DNA of 63,973 nt, counting the filler, from Anaeromyces robustus (Eukaryota), in the NCBI GenBank assembly GCA_002104895.1. It is 5 parts of 5 records of this genome, joined end to end, with 100 filler letters (N's around TTAATTAATTAA, not from the genome) between each part and the next. Parts side by side here need not be neighbours in the genome. Positions count along the whole stretch, not along the records: positions 55,162 to 63,973 come from MCFG01000788.1; 4 more parts are not named here. One strand, written 5' to 3'. The translations under genes and the position numbers were made by a program. Each line of letters opens with the position of its first letter. Positions within the stretch are counted from its first letter, which is position 1. Positions 57,098 through 63,973 of this stretch are shown piece after piece. The notes beneath the pieces are model-generated. The model did no database searches, was not told the origin of the DNA, and saw only the letters and a program-made list of their open reading frames with translations.

Positions 57098-57427
57098 TTT
57101 CTTTTTATTTATTTATTTATTTATTTATTTGTTTGTTTGTTTGTTTGTTTGGTTGTTTTTTGTTTATTTGTTTGCTTGTTTATTTGTTTATTTGTTTATT
57201 TGATTATTTGAAAATCATTACAATTTTGTTAACTGACGAAAAAAAGTTTAAAATTTATCAACTATTTACATATATATGTATATATATATATAAATTTTTT
57301 TTTGAAATGAATTAAATTAAATTAAATTGAAATAAAATTGAATTATATTTGAATAGAATATAGTTGAATTGAATTAATATTTTAATAGAATTTTAATAGA
57401 ATTGAACTAATATTTTAATAAAAATTT

Positions 57428-57782
57428 ATTTCTTCTTTTTTATGTAACCTAAAATTATAAAATTTACTATAAAAGTTTTAAATAATGCATTAAGATATTT
57501 AATAATACATTTATTACAAAAAGAAGATTTAAATTATTCTATAGAATTTCTATAGATCTGTAGAAAGTCTAATAAATATACTTTAAATATTTTTAATTTT
57601 TCAATTAATTCATTTAATTCTTTTAATTCATTTATAATTCATTTAATTCATTTAATTAATTAAATTTTATAACAATTTTTATATAACATTTTTATAATTC
57701 TTTAACCATCTAATGTAATGTCAACTTAATATCTAATTTGTTAACTTAAAACCAATAACAAACTTGATAATACCCAATAATA
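57428..57782. repeat. Dispersed ~350-bp repeat, copy 2
   Basis: Colinear with 19901-20245. Confidence 0.9.
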
Positions 57783-58463
57783 AATTAAACATAAATTCAA
57801 ATTTATACTATTTATTATATCGGCCGGTACAGTACCAATAATAAAATATGCCAATATATTTTTGTTTATATTTGTAATAATGTAACATGTAACAATAATT
57901 TATTTTTTGTGATCATTTATTTAAAATTTTAAAGAATTTAAATTTGTTTTAACCCTTCTAGAAAAATTGAATTTTTTTTTTTTAAACAATTAATTTATTT
58001 TATTATATTATATTATCAAATAACTCCATTTCTTTTTACATTTTTTTTTTTTTTTTAATTTTTATTTATTTAATTTTTTATTCTAAGAAAAATATTTTAT
58101 TTTTATTTTTTTTTCTTCCTTCTTTATTTATTTATAATTTAAATTAAATTTCAATAGTTAATATACCATTCATATTTTCTATATAGTTTATTATTAATTT
58201 TATTTATTTTACCTTAAAATTTATTTTATTTTTAATTTAATTTTATTCTTTTATTATTAATTTAATTTTATTTTTTATTAATAAAAAAATTTTTTTTCAT
58301 TTAATTAAAAATATTTCTTTATTTCCAGTTTTTTTTTTTCTTCTTCTTTTTCTTTTTTTTGATGATAAGATATACTACTCTTAATATGAATACATATTTA
58401 AAAAAATTTTTATTAAAAATTAAAAATATTATCAAATTCTATTTTTTTGTTGATTATTTTTAG

Positions 58464-58761
58464 GTGATGGTAAAGAAAATTATTATTAAGTTATGAAAAA
58501 GAAAAATTAAATATTAATGAAAAGGATGTTAATGGTAATTTCCCTTTACTGGAAGCTATAAAATATAATAATATTGAAATGATTACAACATTATTAGAAT
58601 ATGATAAAACAAATATAGTCATTAATGAAAAAGGAATACAATGGAAATTATCCGTTACTTGAAGCGATCAAGAATAATAATGATAATATTGTAATATTAT
58701 TACTAAATTATAATAAGAAATTAATTGTTTCCATTAATGAAAATGATTTCTTAACCCCTAT
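58464..58761 (+). pseudogene. Ankyrin-repeat exon (two repeats), frameshifted
   Basis: LNINEKDVNGNFPLLEAIKYNNIEMITTLLEY and NGNYPLLEAIKNNNDNIVILLLNY, flanked by AG and GT. Confidence 0.75.
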
Positions 58762-60396
58762 GTAAATTCTTGATTGGTTTTACCAATATTTATAAAACTT
58801 ATTTTATTCATACAAGTCGCTAAATTAGATGAAAAAAGATATGAATAAAAAAAAATTCTTTGTCTTACTATTTCGACGTCAACTCCCTTTGGTAATTCTC
58901 ATACATTTTAGATGTACTTTAAACACTAATTTAATAATGGATCCAATATTTAATAATGGTTACCAAGGAAACCTCTCAATTATAATTTAGAACTTTTTTT
59001 TTTTTATTATCACAATTATTATTATTTTTAGTATCATTGTATAAAAACATTTATTACGCTTTTATTAATAATTATTATATAATATTATATAAATAATATG
59101 TTCAAAAAAAATTTTTTATATATTTATTTATAAATTATACGTATTTAATAATGAATCCATACATTTTAATAATAATAATAATAATAATTATAATAATTTT
59201 AAACTTTTTTTTTTTATAATCAAAAACTAAGTTTTATTGGTTCTTTAAATTAAAATTTTAGCTTTGAAGTTGATTTATTGAAAGAAAAATAAATAGTATA
59301 AATTAAAATTAACTTTAATATAATTCAAATATTTTTTATAATCATCTCTATAGCTATTTTTATTATATATATATAGTTAAAATAGCTATAAGGATATTAT
59401 AATTTTTAATAAAATTATTAAGTAATAAGAATGATATTGTAAATTAAAAATAAATAATATTCTTTTAAAAATATTGTAATATATGTTTAATATTTGAATT
59501 ATAAATATGAATTTTAAAATTCATTTAAATTAATATATTAATTATTTACTTCATAATTTAAATAAAAATAGAAATATCAATAAAAATAGATGTTGTTAAT
59601 AAATTGATTTCATGTTTAACAATATTTTTACTTCAACGTTAACTAAACAATCATATAAATTTTAGATTAGATTTTTGAATATTTAAATTAATAAAATAGA
59701 ATTAATAAAAAATTAAATAATTAATAAAATAGAATTTATACTATCAAAAGCAACCTATCCAATAATTTATCACATGATATGAATTAATTTATATTATATA
59801 TATTATTATTAATATTAATATTTTATTATTTATTATAATAATATATTAAGATTATATTGTTATTAAATTTTAATTATATATTTTTTAATATATATATTTT
59901 AAGATAGAATAAAATAAAAAAAAAAAAAATGTAAAAAAAAATTATAAAAAATTTATAGATTATTATTATTATAACAAATAATATTAAATATATTAATATT
60001 TAATAATAATATAAATTAATTCATAACGTATGATAAAAATTATTTTATTCTAACTAAAATGTAACTCTTTATATCAATTGAATTCATATCTAACATCAAA
60101 AATTTCAAAGATATATAAATAAAAAATAGAAGCATATATTTAATTCGTAATATTTTATTTTTACAAAAATTATAAGGTATTTATTATATATATTATTTTT
60201 TTTATTTTTATTTTTTTTTTTTATATAAATTAAAGATATTTATTATATATATATAATAGAATAAATTAATAAATTATTATTTATTTTATTTTTAATAAAT
60301 TAAAATTTGTTCATTAAAAATATAATTCAAGAGCAGTATTTTTAAAAAATTTTATTTATTATAAATAAAAAAAAAAAAGTTAGTAAAATACAAAAA

Positions 60397-62234
60397 ATGG
60401 GATTAATAATTGATAATGGAAACATGTATGAAAAATTTAAATGTTTACTTAACCAAGAATTCTTTGTTGATAAATCAAATATTATAAATGATTTTAATAA
60501 ATTAATCGGTAAAGATGGCCGTAAAAATGTATGTATTACAAAACCAAGAAGATTTGGGAAAACATCAATAGCTGCCTTGTTAACTACATATTATAGTAAA
60601 GGATTTGATTCTCAAGAAATATTTGATAAACTTAAAGTTTCCAAAGGAAAAAGTTCAGATGAAACTGAAAAAAAAAAAGAAATAGAACAGTATAGAGAAT
60701 TTCAAGGAAAATATCATACCTTATATTTTGATTTTTCATCTGATCTTTTTTCATGCAAAAAATGTAAAAAATTTAAACGAAAAATTAATAATATATTTAA
60801 ACAAGATATTATAGAATTTTATCAAAAATATAAAGTAGAAAAAAAACCTTGTAATAAAATACTTGTAAATTTACAAAATATGTATGAGGAAACAGGAGAA
60901 AAATTTATTATTATTATTGATGAATGGGATTATATAATTTTTAATAATGACTTTTCTCCTAAAGAAAAAGTTAAATATATTCGATTTTTGAAATCATTAA
61001 TAAAAGATAAATGTTATTCAGCCTTTGCTTATATGACTGGAATATCACCAATAGCAAAAGAGTTTTCTCAATCAACCCTAAATTGTTTTACTGAATATTC
61101 TATGCTAAAAGATAAAAAATATTATCAATATTTTGGTTTTACGGAACAAGAAGTTCGCGATCTTTGTGAAAAAAATAAAAAATTAATAAAAATAGAAAAA
61201 TTAAATATGAAGATTTAGAAAATTGGTATAATGGATATAAAGCGTACAACGGTGAAAAAATCTTTAATCCATGGTCAATATATCATGCTTTAGTCAAAGA
61301 TAGGATTAAGAATTATTGGACAAAAACAGGATGTTTTGATGAATTAGTCAATATAATTAATTTTAATATTTTAGGTGTAAAAGATAATATTTTAGAATTA
61401 ATTAAAGGAAAAAATATAGAAATAGAATTAAAAGGTTTTGGAACAGAAAATAATTTAAATAGTTCAACAAATAATAAAGAAACAAATGAAAAAACAAATG
61501 AAAAAAAATTGAAAGCCGAATTATATTCGAAAATGGTTACGTTTGGATTCTTAACTTATTATGACGGAAAAATTTCTATTCCAAATAAAGAATTAGAAGA
61601 AAAATTTATAAATGTTTTAAGAAAATATAAAGATCTGGAGTATTATTATAATATGATAAATAATTCCGGAAAGATGTTAGAAATGACATTAGAAAAAAAT
61701 CCAAAAGAAATATGTAAAATTTTAGAAAACTCTCATATGGAAAATATCAAACCAGGAGATAAAATGGATCATGGTAATTTAAAACATGTTGTAGAGTTTG
61801 CTTATTTTAATGCTAGGATTAGTTATATAGTTGATGAAGTAGGTAAAGGAAAAGGAATTTCAGATTTTATATTTTATCCAAAAGACAAAAGGAAAGCAGT
61901 TATTATAATAGAATTGAAAATGAATGGTTCAGCAAAAAAAGCCCTTAAACAAATACATCGAAAAAAATATTATCATGGCTTAAATAATGATGGATATGAG
62001 GGAAATATTTTATTATTAGGAATAAATTTAAATACAGAAAATAAATTATATTCATGTATAATAGAAGAACGTGATAATGAATTAAAAAAAATATCAGTTG
62101 ATGAATATCCTAAATCTGAAAATAAAAGAAAAATTGATCAACCTAATTCTAAAAATAAAAGAAAAACTGATCAAGAATCTGATGGTATGTATAAAAGATT
62201 AAGAAGTGCTACAAAAAGAAAAAAAAATGATTAA
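60397..62234 (+). CDS. AAA-ATPase-like (PF09820-type) plus PD-(D/E)XK nuclease (PDDEXK_9-type) protein; one frameshift at ~61170-61200
   Basis: Walker A ITKPRRFGKTS, Walker B IIIIDEWD, YMTGIS, FGFTEQEV, WYNGY..IFNPWS..NYW.KTG. Nuclease motif GISDFIFYP..IIELK..ALKQI. The segment 61203-61508 is open and in frame with ORF 61509-62234. Intronless. Confidence 0.88.
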
Positions 62235-62988
62235 GAAAAGTGATACAAAAAGAAAAAATGATTAAAAGGTGATACAAAAAATAATAAAATAAACTAATAG
62301 TATATATAAATCAAAAATAAATGTATTAATATTTTTTTTTTTTAAATTTAAAAATGAAATAACTATTTATTTTTGTCACAATCGTATTAGTTAATTTTAT
62401 CTATTGCGCTACAAGTAAAGGTACATCTGTGTAAAATACTTAAAATCAAACGAATTTATTTTAACATGGAATGTTTTAAAAGATTGTTATTATAAAAAAG
62501 TGAATTTATAGATTATGGATTTTTTCAGGTATATTTAATCCTAAAGATTGGGATGTTAAAGGATATATGAATATTAATTCTGAACAATGTTATCTTACAA
62601 ATAAAAAATGAAATAATGTAATTAATGGTAAAGTGTTAGTTACAAAAGAACACGTTATTATGATATCGATTTAGATAATAACCTTGTTTTAACTGAAATT
62701 TAGTTAGTGTAATATTGAATCCTATAATTATGATAGTAGATAGATGAATGGATGTATCAGGCGATCTAAAAATTAATCAAATTAGTATCCCTTGGTACTT
62801 ATGATAATGGAACATATGGTATTAATGCTAGAGTAGTGAATCCTTATGCAAGAACTCAAAATTTAAATATTAAAAAACAATTACGATATTTTTATAATTT
62901 TTTTTCCTTATACCTACTACACATACTATAACATATCCTTGACCTCAAATACGTTTATAATAAAATACCACTACTATCGCCAATTGCG

Positions 62989-63111
62989 TATAAATATAAA
63001 TATAAATATAAATATAAATATAAATATAAATATAAATATAAATATAAATATAAATATAAATATAAATATAAATATAAATATAAATATAAATATAAATATA
63101 AATATAAATAT
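62989..63111. repeat. (ATAAAT)n microsatellite
   Basis: Seen directly; source of the spurious ORF 62939-63241. Confidence 0.95.
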
Positions 63112-63331
63112 AAGTATTATTTATTTATATAAAATTATTATTTATTCTTCTTTTTCTTATTTTCACTTATATCTAATAATGATCCATCACTATTTATTCT
63201 GCTACTGCATTATTATTATTAGTATTCACTTCTATGACTAAAATCACCTTTTTTTTTTCTTTCTTAAATTAATCCATTCCGAGTATTAGTTTTATCTATT
63301 TCTTATCACTCTATATTATTATTCAGAAATT

Positions 63332-63333
<2 letters not shown>

Positions 63334-63364
<31 letters not shown>

Positions 63365-63670
63365 TTTTATTTTTATTTTATTTTATTTTATTTTATTTTA
63401 TTTTATTTTATTTTATTTTATTTTATTTTATTTTATTTTATTTTATTTTATTTTATTTTATTTTATTTTATTTTATTTTATTTTATTTTATTTTATTTTA
63501 TTTTATTTTATTTTATTTTATTTTATTTTATTTTATTTTATTTTATTTTATTTTATTTTATTTTATTTTATTTTATTTTATTTTATTTTATTTTATTTTA
63601 TTTTATTTTATTTTATTTTATTTTATTTTATTTTATTTTATTTTATTTTATTTTATTTTATTTTATTTTT
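63334..63670. repeat. Poly-T followed by (TTTTA)n microsatellite
   Basis: Seen directly. Confidence 0.95.
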
Positions 63671-63973
63671 ATGCGATATTATTATTCTTTATTATAAATC
63701 AAGGTTTATTATTTTATCAGAAATATTAAAAAATAAATTAATATTTATTGTCAGAATAATATTTATTGTGTTTATCATAACATAATTAACTTATATTATT
63801 TATATAAATAAATAACCCCTTAATATTATTGTATCAACCAATAGAAATAACATTTAATCTTTTATTAAATATAAATAGGAAATAAATTCTCTATTTATTC
63901 TTTTGATTAAAAAAAGAAAGATAATATGTAGTAAATTATTATAAAATATAATAAAGTATCTTAACATAAAATA

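Overview
Extremely AT-rich, intron-containing eukaryotic DNA. Gene content points to an anaerobic gut fungus (Neocallimastigomycota): a flagellar CFAP251/WDR66 gene, a beta-helix/EGF class C-like 7TM receptor and bacterial-type intronless genes. This is inferred from gene content, not from a marker gene. The window is not one locus. It is five contigs joined by four artificial 100-nt N44-TTAATTAATTAA-N44 spacers, so adjacency across a spacer means nothing. Contig 1 (1-13738) holds a multi-exon 7TM receptor on the minus strand; its 3' half is mirrored in an ~8.2-kb palindrome, probably a fold-back artefact. Contig 2 (13839-27547) has a ~3.5-kb direct duplication, each copy encoding the same 81-aa secreted 8-Cys peptide. 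The peptide cassette appears to interrupt a decayed bulb-type/ricin-type lectin gene. Contig 3 (27648-41314) has two Asn-rich ORFs (one a PY-motif membrane protein), a 1135-bp Mutator-like non-autonomous element with a 9-bp TSD, and the 3' part of CFAP251. Contig 4 (41415-55061) has a two-exon PX-domain gene and a disrupted bacterial-type RimJ/RimL GNAT acetyltransferase. Contig 5 (55162-end) has frameshifted fragments and an intronless AAA-ATPase-like/PD-(D/E)XK nuclease with a basic NLS-like tail. Many frameshifts lie in homopolymers and may be sequencing errors. All domain calls are by eye; no searches were run.
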